From: Verrucomicrobiota bacterium
GTDB taxonomy: Bacteria > Verrucomicrobiota > Verrucomicrobiia > Limisphaerales > AAA164-E04
Length of the DNA stretch: 64,000 nt
Direction of reading: 5' to 3'
NCBI GenBank assembly: GCA_047947115.1
Contig: CP170459.1
Coordinates: forward strand, 5,568,001 to 5,632,000
Of the stretch, positions 51,628 to 61,822 are shown in pieces; the first letter of the stretch is position 1, and every line of letters starts with the position of its first letter. Below the pieces are notes generated by a model. The model was not told the origin of the DNA. It worked only from the letters and a program-made list of their open reading frames with translations, and did not search any database. A program made the position numbers and the translations under genes.

Positions 51628-52019
51628 TTACCGCAGTAGATTCTTGTGTCTTGCTAGACATTGCTGTGAATGATGCAAGGCACAGCGCAAAGTCCTCGGA
51701 GGCCTTAAAAAAGGCGAGAAAGCAAGGGCGAGTCATCGTAAGTGAATGCGTGGTTTCTGAAATCAGCCCTATTTGCGGCTCTCAGACGGAAGAATTTTTG
51801 GATTCGCTAAACATTGGTTTCATCCCAGTATCCAAGGCAGGATCACTTCTGGCTGGACAAATGTTCTCGAATTATTTGGCGCGAGGAGGCAGGAGGGGGC
51901 GAGTCGTCGTCGATTTCCTTATTGGCGCCCACGCTGAAGAAAATTCCGACAGGCTTCTGACTCGTGATGCAGGATTTCTTAGAGATTACTTTGCAAAGTT
52001 AAAAATCTGGCAACCATAA
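51624..52019 (+). CDS. vapC: PIN-domain toxin
   Basis: AVDSCVLLD, E, DFLIGAHA, LLTRD acidic tetrad. Confidence 0.88.
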   Translation: MITAVDSCVLLDIAVNDARHSAKSSEALKKARKQGRVIVSECVVSEISPICGSQTEEFLDSLNIGFIPVSKAGSLLAGQMFSNYLARGGRRGRVVVDFLIGAHAEENSDRLLTRDAGFLRDYFAKLKIWQP

Positions 52020-52035
52020 ATTTAAGCAAGCCGAC

Positions 52036-52437
52036 TTACCTCAACACAATTTTGTTTGCCACCCCTGCCCCCATCCACACGAATAGCAAACACGAAAGCA
52101 CCGATAACAGCACATTACCGATCGCCAAGCCGTGATGTCCCTGTTGGGCGAGTTGCAGAGTTTGGAGACTGAAGGAGGAGAAGGTCGTGAACCCGCCGAG
52201 TAAGCCGACAATGAAGAATCGCTGTGCATTTGGATGGCTCATCCAATGGCCTTCGTTTCCGGACAGCATGGCCAGAAATCCAATCACGAAGGACCCAACC
52301 ACATTGACGGCCAAGGTTCCCCAGGGGAATTCATGTGGAAATTGACGTTGCACCCAAAGCGACACGCTGTATCGCCCCATGCCACCGATGGCGCTGCCGA
52401 GTCCCACCCAAAACAGCGTTGTCAATGTGGGAAGCAT
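52036..52437 (-). CDS. crcB: Fluoride efflux channel CrcB/Fluc
   Basis: GG..RY, PWGTL.VN..GS, GLLGGFTTFSSF. Confidence 0.93.
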   Translation of the reverse strand: MLPTLTTLFWVGLGSAIGGMGRYSVSLWVQRQFPHEFPWGTLAVNVVGSFVIGFLAMLSGNEGHWMSHPNAQRFFIVGLLGGFTTFSSFSLQTLQLAQQGHHGLAIGNVLLSVLSCLLFVWMGAGVANKIVLR

Positions 52438-52454
52438 GAGAATAGTAAAGAACC

Positions 52455-53432
52455 TTAGGGTTTGAGAGCTTCAGCGAGTTGAATTCCGAGAGCTTCGGCC
52501 TGGCCGGCTTTTCCTTCCAGTTCGGCGTCATGGCAGGCGCCTCCGTGGAATGCGCGCCCCAGCAGTTTCAAACGTTCGCCATCCAAAGTTCCGTAGGCGG
52601 CATAAGGAGTTTGGCAACCTCCCCCCATGTGTTTCAAGAATGCCCGTTCGGCCGTGGCGGCGATGGTGGAGGGTTCATGAGAGAGAGCCTGAATGATGTT
52701 GCTGATGCGCTCATCGTTTTTCCGGATCTCAATTCCCAGGCATCCCTGCCCAACGCAGGGCAGCATTTGGTTTACCTCGATGACGACGGCGAACAATCCT
52801 TCAGGAACGTCATTCCCAGTCAGACGTCCATCCCCATCGATGGAATACCCCAAACGATTCAACCCAGCTTTAGCCAGAATCGTCGCATCGAGCTCTGCGT
52901 TTTCGGCCAATTTGCGCAGTCGTGTGGGGACGTTGCCTCGCATAGGCACGACCTTCAGATCCTTGTTCCACTGTTTCAATTGCACCTGACGCCGTGGACT
53001 ATTGGTCGCCACACAGGCTTTGCTGCGAAGGAACTGACCGGGATTCGCCACTTGGTTGACTTTGGGCGCTTTCTTGAAAATCAACACCTCACGCACATCT
53101 TCACGCTCTGTGACAGATCCTAGTTCGAGCCCTTCAGGCAATTCAGTTGGAAGGTCTTTCAGGCTGTGAACCGCGAGATCGGCTTCGCCACTCAACAAGG
53201 CTGCTTCCAGTTCCTTGGTGAATAATCCCTTGGGCAGCATCGGAGAATGGGCATCCGCTTCGGCGACTTTCTGAAGATGATCCCCGGTGGTCTTCATGAT
53301 GCTGAGTTCAAAACTCAGACTGGGGAAGAGACGCTGGCATTCGGATTGAATGAATCGCGATTGAACCAATGCCAGGGCGCTGCCGCGCGTTGCAATGATG
53401 ATGTTGTCCCTCTCGTTGGATGCTGCTCCCAT
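52455..53432 (-). CDS. hemC: Hydroxymethylbilane synthase
   Basis: TRGSALAL.Q, KGLFTKELE, AVHSLKDLP, RGNVPTRL, GGCQTP. Confidence 0.95.
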   Translation of the reverse strand: MGAASNERDNIIIATRGSALALVQSRFIQSECQRLFPSLSFELSIMKTTGDHLQKVAEADAHSPMLPKGLFTKELEAALLSGEADLAVHSLKDLPTELPEGLELGSVTEREDVREVLIFKKAPKVNQVANPGQFLRSKACVATNSPRRQVQLKQWNKDLKVVPMRGNVPTRLRKLAENAELDATILAKAGLNRLGYSIDGDGRLTGNDVPEGLFAVVIEVNQMLPCVGQGCLGIEIRKNDERISNIIQALSHEPSTIAATAERAFLKHMGGGCQTPYAAYGTLDGERLKLLGRAFHGGACHDAELEGKAGQAEALGIQLAEALKP

Positions 53433-53489
53433 GATTTTGTCTCTGATTTAAAATTCGATTCGGGTCTGTTTTACTCGGTGACCTGTGTC

Positions 53490-54563
53490 TCAACCGGCTT
53501 CACGCGCATCTACCTGAATCATGGCACCCTCCCTGGCTGCATGTCCTGGCGGATGGAGCGATTCCAACACTTCGGAGGCTTTTTCCTTGATAAATGCTTC
53601 ACAAGTGTCGATTTCCTTTTGCCGTTGCTCAAGATAATCCTGAGCGATGGACTGAAGGTGGTCAATGTTGTAGACGTAGACATTGTCCAGTTCATTGATC
53701 TCGGGATCAATATCCCGCGGAACGGCAATGTCAATCAACAGCAATGGTCGTGACTTGCGGGGCAAGATCAGCTTCTCAAGCCGCGCGCGATCGAGCACAT
53801 ATGTCGGCGCAGAAGTGCTGCTGATAACGATATCCAATTCTTCAAACTCGGCTTCCCATTCCTGGAAACGAACAGCGCGACCATTCAAGTTTCCGGCCAA
53901 TTCCTCAGCGCGTTCGTAAGATCGGTTCGTCACCGCCACTTCGGATGCTCCTCTTGAAAGCAGCGAACGAGCTGTCTTCTCACTGGTATCCCCCGCTCCG
54001 ATCACCATCACGCGCCGCCCCTTGAGCCCATCAAAAATCTTGTCCGCCAGCTCTACGGCAACAGATCCCACGGAAGTGCTTCCGCGTTGAATTCCGGTAT
54101 TGGATCGAATGTGCTTGGCGACGTTGAATGCCTTCTGGAACACTTTGTTCAATCGACCGCCGGTAAACTTCATCTCCATAGCCAGGTGATAAGCCTTCTT
54201 CAATTGGCCAAGGATCTCCGTTTCCCCCAGCACCAGCGAATCCAATCCGCTTGCCACTCTGAAAAGATGTTCCACGCTGAGAGGATTGGCATGGCAATAC
54301 ATCTCGTCCCGGATCACACCCTGATACTGACGGTTTTCGATCAGGAACTGCTTGATGGCATACAGGGCCTCTGTGGCCGGCAGACGGGTTGAAACGTAAA
54401 GTTCCACCCGATTACAGGTGGACAGCAAAACACTTTCCTGCGCCAAACCTTTATCTGTCAGGCTTCGCAACACATCATCAATTTCGGACTCGGCAAAAGC
54501 AAAACGTTCACGGACAGATACCGATGACGAATGATGACTGATACCAACAACGATAATTGACAT
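53490..54563 (-). CDS. hemA: Glutamyl-tRNA reductase
   Basis: LSTCNRVE, GLDSLVLGETEILGQ, GAG, DIAVPRD. Confidence 0.95.
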   Translation of the reverse strand: MSIIVVGISHHSSSVSVRERFAFAESEIDDVLRSLTDKGLAQESVLLSTCNRVELYVSTRLPATEALYAIKQFLIENRQYQGVIRDEMYCHANPLSVEHLFRVASGLDSLVLGETEILGQLKKAYHLAMEMKFTGGRLNKVFQKAFNVAKHIRSNTGIQRGSTSVGSVAVELADKIFDGLKGRRVMVIGAGDTSEKTARSLLSRGASEVAVTNRSYERAEELAGNLNGRAVRFQEWEAEFEELDIVISSTSAPTYVLDRARLEKLILPRKSRPLLLIDIAVPRDIDPEINELDNVYVYNIDHLQSIAQDYLEQRQKEIDTCEAFIKEKASEVLESLHPPGHAAREGAMIQVDAREAG

Positions 54564-54630
54564 ATTACCGGCCTCCTCCCTTCATCGTTGGAACATTTCC
54601 ATTTTTCATCTTCTCTGGCTCAATCTTCAC

Positions 54631-55461
54631 TTAACGATGCAAGTCTGACATCATGTTCGTTGCGGAAAAAGTGAGGATTAAAAAGATGAATCCGGCAATC
54701 AGGCACCAGGCCAGACGCTTGCCGCCAAATTGCCATTTCCATCGGGCTCCGACGATCACGGCATAGGCCGCCCACACAAGCATTGACCACAATATTTTGG
54801 CATCTTCATAAAAGACCAGGTTCTCCTTGTCCTTCATAATCAAAGGAGCCAAAGCCAGCCCCAGCGTCAACAGAACCAGCCCCCCGACGAGCAATTTTCC
54901 GGCAACTGCTTCAAGCCGTTGAATGGGCGGCAGCACCGACAGAATGGCGGAGATGTCATGTTTCTTTAAATGACGTTCCTGCATCAAAAACATACAGGAC
55001 GCCACAGCACACAATCCAAAGGAACCATAGGAAACCAGGATCAGCACAGCATGAAGGCTGACCGCCCAATTCTTGGTGATGTCACCGTCCGGATCGTGAT
55101 GATCCAGCCCAGGCATCAGGGCATAGATCCCCAGGAAGAAAAAGATAGGGGAAGCAAAGGCTCCAAGAAAACGAATCTTGGGAATCAGCCCGAGAGCCAG
55201 ATAAACACCCACCGCTGACCAATCCACAAACATGGTGGCTTCGAAAAGATTGTTCACGGGGCATCGATTGAAAGAGAAACCGCGTAACATCAAGGCGGTG
55301 GTATGCATGACGAACCCAGCCAGAAGAAGTACGTAATTCACCCAATCATCCTTGCGAAACCCTTTTCGCCAAAGGAAGACCGAATAAATAACGCTCACTC
55401 CATACATCAGGATGGCGCAGAAAAACCACTGTCGATCCGTTAACATGACCAAAGGCCCCAT
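54631..55461 (-). CDS. CcsA/HemX-like cytochrome c assembly membrane protein
   Basis: About 8 TM helices, conserved His residues, QER.LK, LP.I..LE, D.K; upstream of hemA. Confidence 0.75.
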   Translation of the reverse strand: MGPLVMLTDRQWFFCAILMYGVSVIYSVFLWRKGFRKDDWVNYVLLLAGFVMHTTALMLRGFSFNRCPVNNLFEATMFVDWSAVGVYLALGLIPKIRFLGAFASPIFFFLGIYALMPGLDHHDPDGDITKNWAVSLHAVLILVSYGSFGLCAVASCMFLMQERHLKKHDISAILSVLPPIQRLEAVAGKLLVGGLVLLTLGLALAPLIMKDKENLVFYEDAKILWSMLVWAAYAVIVGARWKWQFGGKRLAWCLIAGFIFLILTFSATNMMSDLHR

Positions 55462-55532
55462 CTTGAAGGAAAAAAACCGCTATTGGCAAGCCATTGAATG
55501 GGGATTTTGTGAGATAGGTGGCAATGGTCCGT

Positions 55533-56588
55533 CTATTCCAAGTGGCCAAGCGCCGAAGGAAGTCCAATGATTCTGACCTTTATTTCACTTCCCGAAAGAT
55601 CTTTGCAGGTCAAAGGCGCATCTGAGTCCAAAAAAGCTCTTTTGACATATCCCAAGCCACGTAAGCGACAGGGATCATCAGGAATCAATGCAGCACTTGT
55701 CACGGTTCCAGCCACCTGATCATCCGAAATCAGGCAAAGTTCCATCCCGGTTTCAAGCTGAGGGGAACCCTGAAACTCCAGAAGCCTCAGTGCCTTATTA
55801 ACTTTCCCCACCGTCCGAATACGTGAAATCACTTCCTGTCCAATATAACAGCCCTTTTGATAGCTCACTGTTTGCAATTCCAAACCCGTTTCCTGCACCA
55901 AAATTTCATCGCTCATATCCCTCCCCATCAACGGAACACCCGCCTCAATGCCCGCCAGGCGCAACGCAGGATCTTCCACAACGCCCCCACCCAACTTTTC
56001 TACAGCGGATAGGAGGTCACTGGATTTCCGCGGCGCAATGGATTTTGGAATGAACAGATCATATCCCGCCGCGCCACATCGAGGTCGATGGCAGACATAG
56101 ATGCCCCCACCGTTACCGTCAGTAACTTCTACAAAATTCCAGGGTTCGACTGGCAAGGAAATGTCAGGAAAGGCGTTGGACATGGCCTCGACGGCTCGAG
56201 GCCCCTGAACACTGATCATCGTATAGAACTCAGATGGGTCGATGATGTCCACGTCCTCGGAAACAAGGTAGCGCTCAAGTCGTTGCGTGACCATATCGGT
56301 CAATCCCGCGTCAAAATCCAGCAACAGCTCATCGGTTAGGCAATAGATATTCAGATCCGCCTGAATTTTACCCTTCCCATCCGCCAACGCGGAGAACGTT
56401 CCGGCACCTGCGGTAAGGTTTTTCACATCCTGGGTAACCTGCCCATGCAGAAAAGCCTTCCGGTCTTCCCCTGTCAGACACAAACGCCCCCGTGCTTCAA
56501 AATCAATATAGCCACACGTTTGCGTAAGAAATCGATACTGCTTCTTTACCTGTTCCGATTCATCGTTGATCCAACATAATTTATTCAT
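55533..56588 (-). CDS. ygfZ: YgfZ/GcvT family folate-binding protein
   Basis: FLHGQVTQD and KGCYIGQE signature. Confidence 0.85.
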   Translation of the reverse strand: MNKLCWINDESEQVKKQYRFLTQTCGYIDFEARGRLCLTGEDRKAFLHGQVTQDVKNLTAGAGTFSALADGKGKIQADLNIYCLTDELLLDFDAGLTDMVTQRLERYLVSEDVDIIDPSEFYTMISVQGPRAVEAMSNAFPDISLPVEPWNFVEVTDGNGGGIYVCHRPRCGAAGYDLFIPKSIAPRKSSDLLSAVEKLGGGVVEDPALRLAGIEAGVPLMGRDMSDEILVQETGLELQTVSYQKGCYIGQEVISRIRTVGKVNKALRLLEFQGSPQLETGMELCLISDDQVAGTVTSAALIPDDPCRLRGLGYVKRAFLDSDAPLTCKDLSGSEIKVRIIGLPSALGHLE

Positions 56589-56643
56589 GTCAAAACGCTA
56601 ATTTGAAATCATTTCCCATCCAGATCGAACAACATAGTTTTGT

Positions 56644-57177
56644 TCATCCTGCTCGATCCAAAGCACGGGCTTCCAGCCACAGCCAATCACTCAGCCGGTT
56701 AAGATAAACGATGATCGATTCATTCGACAATGGTTCCACCGCATGCAACTGACAAACCGACCTCTCCGCCCGCCGGCAAACCGTCCTCGCCCAATCAGCC
56801 AGGGAACCGGCTTCGGAACCTCCTGGAAGACACCAATCATTAAACGGGCCCAGTTCCGCCTCCAGGACCCCGATCCGTTGTTCCACTTCGGAAACGTCGG
56901 CCTCGGACAAGCTGGCATACCCGGCGGATCGATACTTTTCAACGGAGTCACTTGGAGTGGACACCTCCCCCATCACACCAATCAAATCCTTTTGAACATC
57001 CAATGCCCGCTTTTTAAGTTCCACAGGCGTTCCCCTGTGGGCGCGAACCACACCCAATGCCGCATTGAATTCATCGATCGCACCATACGCATCCACCCGC
57101 GGATCATGCTTCGCGGTTTCACGGTTGAACATCAATCGCGTCTGCCCTTTGTCCCCTGTTTTGGTCACAATACTCAT
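56644..57177 (-). CDS. Cob(I)alamin adenosyltransferase (PduO type)
   Basis: TKTGDKGQT, YG.IDE.NA, LPGG, RTVCRRAER, YLNRLSD. Confidence 0.9.
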   Translation of the reverse strand: MSIVTKTGDKGQTRLMFNRETAKHDPRVDAYGAIDEFNAALGVVRAHRGTPVELKKRALDVQKDLIGVMGEVSTPSDSVEKYRSAGYASLSEADVSEVEQRIGVLEAELGPFNDWCLPGGSEAGSLADWARTVCRRAERSVCQLHAVEPLSNESIIVYLNRLSDWLWLEARALDRAG

Positions 57178-57428
57178 AAAGGCCCACCTTAACCCGCATT
57201 CCTTCGAACGCAAGTCGGAGAAGAAACGATCAAAACAATTCCACGCCCCGGAATTCAGCAGGTCAAAAATCCCGCGCATCCTGCTGATCTCTTGGATCCC
57301 GCGATTGTGGTGGCTGTCAAAAGACAAATCAACCAACCTTCCTCAAAACTCAATGGGACCGCCCCATGGTTGGCCCCTGCCCCTTTTTCCGTTGGCATTC
57401 CGGCTAACCAGTCTGTAGGTTGAACACC

Positions 57429-58808
57429 ATGTCAAAGGAATGCATTCAATACCTGGAAGACAAACAAGCCCAATTTCTAGAGGAACTTAAGGAATTCTTG
57501 CGAATTCCCAGTGTGTCGGCGCAATCCGCCCACAACGAGGATGTCAAAAACGCCGCCACCTGGCTGGCGAACCATTGCAAATCCATTGGACTCAAAACCC
57601 GTGTCATTAAAACCAGCGGCCACCCCATTGTCCTGGCAAAAACCCCGCGCAAAGGCAAATCCAAGAAACCTCATTTCATGGTCTACGGGCACTACGACGT
57701 TCAGCCACCCGAGCCTCTGAACCTGTGGACTTCCCAGCCATTCGAACCACGCATTGAGGGTGACAATCTGTTTGCACGCGGGTCCACCGATAACAAGGGA
57801 CAACACTTCGTCCATTTGAAAGCGGTCGAATCCTATCTGAAAACCGGAACGGAATTGCCCTGCGACATTACCTTCCTCATCGAAGGCGAAGAAGAAGTCG
57901 GCAGCGAATCACTCGCCCCGGCTCTGGAAAAACTGAAGCCGGAACTGGATGTTGCCGCCATTGTGGTTTCCGACAACGGCATGCCCGACCTGAAACATCC
58001 GGCCCTGACCTACGGACTCCGCGGCGTGGCGGCCTGCGAGATCACCTTGACCGGTCCCAACCGGGATCTGCATTCGGGCATTTACGGAGGTGCGGTGGAC
58101 AATCCGGCCATGGTCCTTTGCCAGATGTTGGCCCAACTGAGAGACGCCGACGGACGCATCACCGTCCCTGGATTTTATGATGATGTCTCTCCTCTCAGCA
58201 AACTGGAACGTGACCAGGCCAAACGCTTCCCGCACAAAGACGCAAAACTTGCGCGTGACCTGGGCGTGCGCGAATTGTTCGGCGAACGCAACTTTAACAC
58301 CGTGGAACGTCGGTCCGCCCGACCAACCCTGGAGATCAACGGCCTGACATCCGGTTATCAGGGAGAAGGAAGCAAAACCATCATTCCAAGCGTCGCATCG
58401 GCAAAGATCACCTGCCGATTGGTTCCCAACCAGAAACCTGAAAAAATCCTGAGACTTCTCGAAAGACACCTCAAACGGCTCTGTCCCAAATCCGTTAAAA
58501 TGTCGTTCGAAAAAGGACACAGCGGCAGGGCATACGTCACCGCTCCCGATGGACCCTTTGCCGGAGCAGCCCTCGAAGCTCTGGAAGAAGCTTTTCAATA
58601 CCCGCCCGTGCTCATGCGCGAGGGGGGCTCCATCCCCATCGTCACCGATTTCAAACGCGTCCTAAAAGCCGACACCCTGCTGCTTGGTCTCGGGCTGCCG
58701 GACGACAATGCCCATTCTCCCAACGAAAAAATGAGCCTGACCGCATTCCGAAAAGGGATGAAAATGAGCGCTCTGCTGTGGGAAAAACTGGCCAGAGCGG
58801 CGAAGTAA
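57429..58808 (+). CDS. M20 family dipeptidase
   Basis: YGHYDVQP, RGSTDNKGQ, EGEEEVGS, DLHSG, GGSIP, HSPNE. Confidence 0.9.
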   Translation: MSKECIQYLEDKQAQFLEELKEFLRIPSVSAQSAHNEDVKNAATWLANHCKSIGLKTRVIKTSGHPIVLAKTPRKGKSKKPHFMVYGHYDVQPPEPLNLWTSQPFEPRIEGDNLFARGSTDNKGQHFVHLKAVESYLKTGTELPCDITFLIEGEEEVGSESLAPALEKLKPELDVAAIVVSDNGMPDLKHPALTYGLRGVAACEITLTGPNRDLHSGIYGGAVDNPAMVLCQMLAQLRDADGRITVPGFYDDVSPLSKLERDQAKRFPHKDAKLARDLGVRELFGERNFNTVERRSARPTLEINGLTSGYQGEGSKTIIPSVASAKITCRLVPNQKPEKILRLLERHLKRLCPKSVKMSFEKGHSGRAYVTAPDGPFAGAALEALEEAFQYPPVLMREGGSIPIVTDFKRVLKADTLLLGLGLPDDNAHSPNEKMSLTAFRKGMKMSALLWEKLARAAK

Positions 58809-58825
58809 TCTGCCTTAGACCGATA

Positions 58826-59563
58826 ATGAGCCGCAACCTCTTGGTCCACGAAATCTACCTGAGCATCCAGGGCGAAAGCACTTTTGCCGGATTGCCCTGT
58901 ATTTTCATCCGCTTGACCGGATGCGATCTGCGTTGCTCCTATTGCGACACCGCCTATGCGTTTAAAGGCGGTCAAACCATGTCCATCGAGGCCATCATTC
59001 AAACCGTGGAGAACATGGCACAACCCTTCGCAAGAAATGGTACACTCGGACACAAACTGCCACTGGTCGAGCTGACCGGTGGTGAACCCCTCCTGCAAAA
59101 GGAAAGTCCTGCACTGGTGTCTCAGTTATGTGACCGCGGATATACCGTCTTGATCGAAACAAGCGGGGCACATGACATCCGAAAGCTCGACCCGCGCAGC
59201 CATCGCATCATGGATCTCAAATGCCCCAGCAGCGGTGAATCGGATCGAATGTTTGCGGAGAATATCGAACACCTCAGCCCTCGCGATGAAGTGAAATTTG
59301 TCATTTCCACTCACGAAGACTACCGCTGGTGCAAATCACAGATAGAAAAATGGCAGTTGAATGAACGCTGCGAGATCCTGGTTTCCTGGTGCGCCCCATT
59401 GGCCGCCTCCCAACAGGATCCCAATCTGAAACCCGCTCCCAGCCCGGAAACACTGATCTCGCGGCAGGAAATCATCGATCAGATGATGAAAGATGCGCTC
59501 CCGGCACGCTTCCAGGCGCAACTGCATAAAATCATCTGGCCCGCCGACGCCAAGGGTGTTTAA
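58826..59563 (+). CDS. queE: 7-carboxy-7-deazaguanine synthase-like radical SAM protein
   Basis: SIQGE, RLTGCDLRCSYCDT, TGGEPL, ETSG, QLHK. Confidence 0.85.
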   Translation: MSRNLLVHEIYLSIQGESTFAGLPCIFIRLTGCDLRCSYCDTAYAFKGGQTMSIEAIIQTVENMAQPFARNGTLGHKLPLVELTGGEPLLQKESPALVSQLCDRGYTVLIETSGAHDIRKLDPRSHRIMDLKCPSSGESDRMFAENIEHLSPRDEVKFVISTHEDYRWCKSQIEKWQLNERCEILVSWCAPLAASQQDPNLKPAPSPETLISRQEIIDQMMKDALPARFQAQLHKIIWPADAKGV

Positions 59564-59571
59564 CCACTGCC

Positions 59572-60912
59572 ATGCCCCCCAAACGCCCAACAAAGACCGG
59601 CAAGATCCTTCAAAAGCTGAAGGACCATGAATCCCAAAATGTCACCTTCATGGCGCCGGACGGATCGTGGCCTATCGTTTGGAAGAAAGCCAAAGGGATG
59701 CATGTTTGGGATGTGGAAGGAAGGAAATACCTGGACCTGACCGCTGCTTTCGGCGTCGCCGCCTGCGGTCATGCCAGCAGGGAAGTCACCAAAGCAGGCA
59801 CTCAGCAAATGCGCACCCTGATGCATGCCATGGGAGACGTTCATCCGCATGCAGGCAAAGCGAATCTCGCCCGGGAACTCAGCCGATGGACCTTTGAACG
59901 CTGGTCGCGCACTTCGGCCAAAGTCTCTAAAAAAAACATCCACGCCAAAACCATTTTCTGCAACTCCGGATTCGAAGCCGTGGAATCCGCGCTCAAAACC
60001 GCGCACCTGGCCACCGGCAAACAGGGAGTCATCGCATTTGAAAGCGGCTACCACGGACTCGGCTACGGGGCGCTTTCCGTCACCCATCGCATACATTTCA
60101 GGGGTGGATTCCTGAGCCAATTAAAACAGTTTGGTCAATTCGTTCCTTTCCCCACGAACGAATCCGAAGCAAGTGAATCGATCAAGGCCATTGAGTCGAT
60201 ATTGAAAAAAAAATCAACCGGCGCCATCATTCTGGAACCTATCCAATCCCGCGGCGGATTGCGTATTCCGCCGGCAGGTTTCCTGAAGCAGTTGCGCATT
60301 CTTTGTGACCAGCACGAAACCTGCCTGATTCTCGACGAAATCTATACCGGCTTCGGACGCACCGGCAAATGGTTCGCCTGCGAACACGATCCCGTTATCC
60401 CGGATCTCATCTGTGTCGGCAAAGCCCTGACCGGCGGATTCCCCATGTCCGCCTGCATCGGCCGATCGGACCTGATGGACAAAGCCTGGCCCCCCTCAGA
60501 AGGCGAAGCCATCCACACCAGCACCTATCTCGGACACCCCGTAGGATGTGCGATGGCCCTGGCTCAGTTGAAACAATTGAAATCAAACAAACTCACTCAA
60601 GCCGCCCAACAAAAAGGAACGCGTTGGCTGCGAGTGTTGAAGCAAACCTTTGAACCTTGGAAGGAGAGGGTCATCCCACGCGGCAGAGGTTTGATGCTCG
60701 GGCTGGAACTTCGTGACGAACACGGTAAACCCGACGGAAGAACAGTCATCCGGTGGACCAACGAGCTTCTCCAAAACGGAGTGATCGTTTTACCCGAGGG
60801 AGACCACGGAGAGGTCCTCGGCATCTCCCCTCCATTGATTATCTCGGAAAAAGAAATGAACCAGGCAACGCATAAGCTGGTGAAGACATTTCGGAAAGTC
60901 ATCCGATCATGA
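59572..60912 (+). CDS. Class III PLP-dependent aminotransferase
   Basis: NSGFEAVESALK, YHG, EPIQ, DEIYTGFGRTG, GKALTGG. Confidence 0.9.
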   Translation: MPPKRPTKTGKILQKLKDHESQNVTFMAPDGSWPIVWKKAKGMHVWDVEGRKYLDLTAAFGVAACGHASREVTKAGTQQMRTLMHAMGDVHPHAGKANLARELSRWTFERWSRTSAKVSKKNIHAKTIFCNSGFEAVESALKTAHLATGKQGVIAFESGYHGLGYGALSVTHRIHFRGGFLSQLKQFGQFVPFPTNESEASESIKAIESILKKKSTGAIILEPIQSRGGLRIPPAGFLKQLRILCDQHETCLILDEIYTGFGRTGKWFACEHDPVIPDLICVGKALTGGFPMSACIGRSDLMDKAWPPSEGEAIHTSTYLGHPVGCAMALAQLKQLKSNKLTQAAQQKGTRWLRVLKQTFEPWKERVIPRGRGLMLGLELRDEHGKPDGRTVIRWTNELLQNGVIVLPEGDHGEVLGISPPLIISEKEMNQATHKLVKTFRKVIRS

Positions 60913-61742
60913 AACTGAACGAGATCAAATCCATTCTGGCAGAGCGAAACATTCTCCTGACCAAATCCCTTGGTCAAAACTTTCTACACGATCAAAACCA
61001 GATCAAGCGCATCGCAGACGCCGCCGACATCCAACCCGGCGAGCAAATCCTTGAGATCGGCCCCGGTCTGGGACCACTGACGCGTGAGCTATTGAACCGG
61101 CAAGCAAAGCTCACCTCGGTTGAAATCGACAAACGCCTCGTCGAAGCTCTCGAAGTCCTTTTCGAAAACGAACCGAACTTCACACTTAAGCACACCGATG
61201 CATTGGCGTGGTTGAAAAAAGAACCGCAGAACTGGGACGACTGGAAACTGGCTGCCAACCTCCCCTACTCGGTCGGTTCCCCCATCCTGATTGAACTAGC
61301 ACTGAACGAGCATCCTCCCAAACGCATGACTGCGACACTGCAATCCGAAGTCGTCGACCGCATCGTTTCCTCCTACAACAACAAGACCTACGGCGTGATG
61401 ACCCTGCTCCTCCAAGCTCGCTTTAAAGCCATTGACAAATTCAAGATCCCGGCCGGCTGCTTTTTCCCCGAACCCGATGTCGAATCCTCCTGCGTCACCC
61501 TCGAACGCTATCCGGAACCACTCTTGACCCACGACGAACTCAAGACCTACGTCCAACTCGTCAAACTCGCCTTCTCCCAGCGCCGCAAAATCGTCTGGAA
61601 ACTCCTCAAACAACGCTGGAAACCAGAGGCGCTGGAAGCAGCCAAGGACCAACTCAATCTCGACCCCATGGTCCGCGCCCAGGCCATCAAATTCGAACAA
61701 TTCGTCACCCTGGCAAAAGCTCTTCACCAATCACCTCAATAA
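60909..61742 (+). CDS. rsmA: 16S rRNA adenine dimethyltransferase
   Basis: KSLGQNFL, EIGPGLG, EID, ANLPY, F.QRRK. Confidence 0.93.
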   Translation: MKLNEIKSILAERNILLTKSLGQNFLHDQNQIKRIADAADIQPGEQILEIGPGLGPLTRELLNRQAKLTSVEIDKRLVEALEVLFENEPNFTLKHTDALAWLKKEPQNWDDWKLAANLPYSVGSPILIELALNEHPPKRMTATLQSEVVDRIVSSYNNKTYGVMTLLLQARFKAIDKFKIPAGCFFPEPDVESSCVTLERYPEPLLTHDELKTYVQLVKLAFSQRRKIVWKLLKQRWKPEALEAAKDQLNLDPMVRAQAIKFEQFVTLAKALHQSPQ

Positions 61743-61822
61743 GATAGGGTTTCATTGAACACATTGCGTTGACGGCTGATGATGAACCAACTTAAATGAG
61801 CCATATCAACCACCTCCAAACT

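Noticed and set aside
52437..52455. Fluoride riboswitch upstream of crcB
   Set aside because: Only 17 bp separate hemC and crcB, leaving no room
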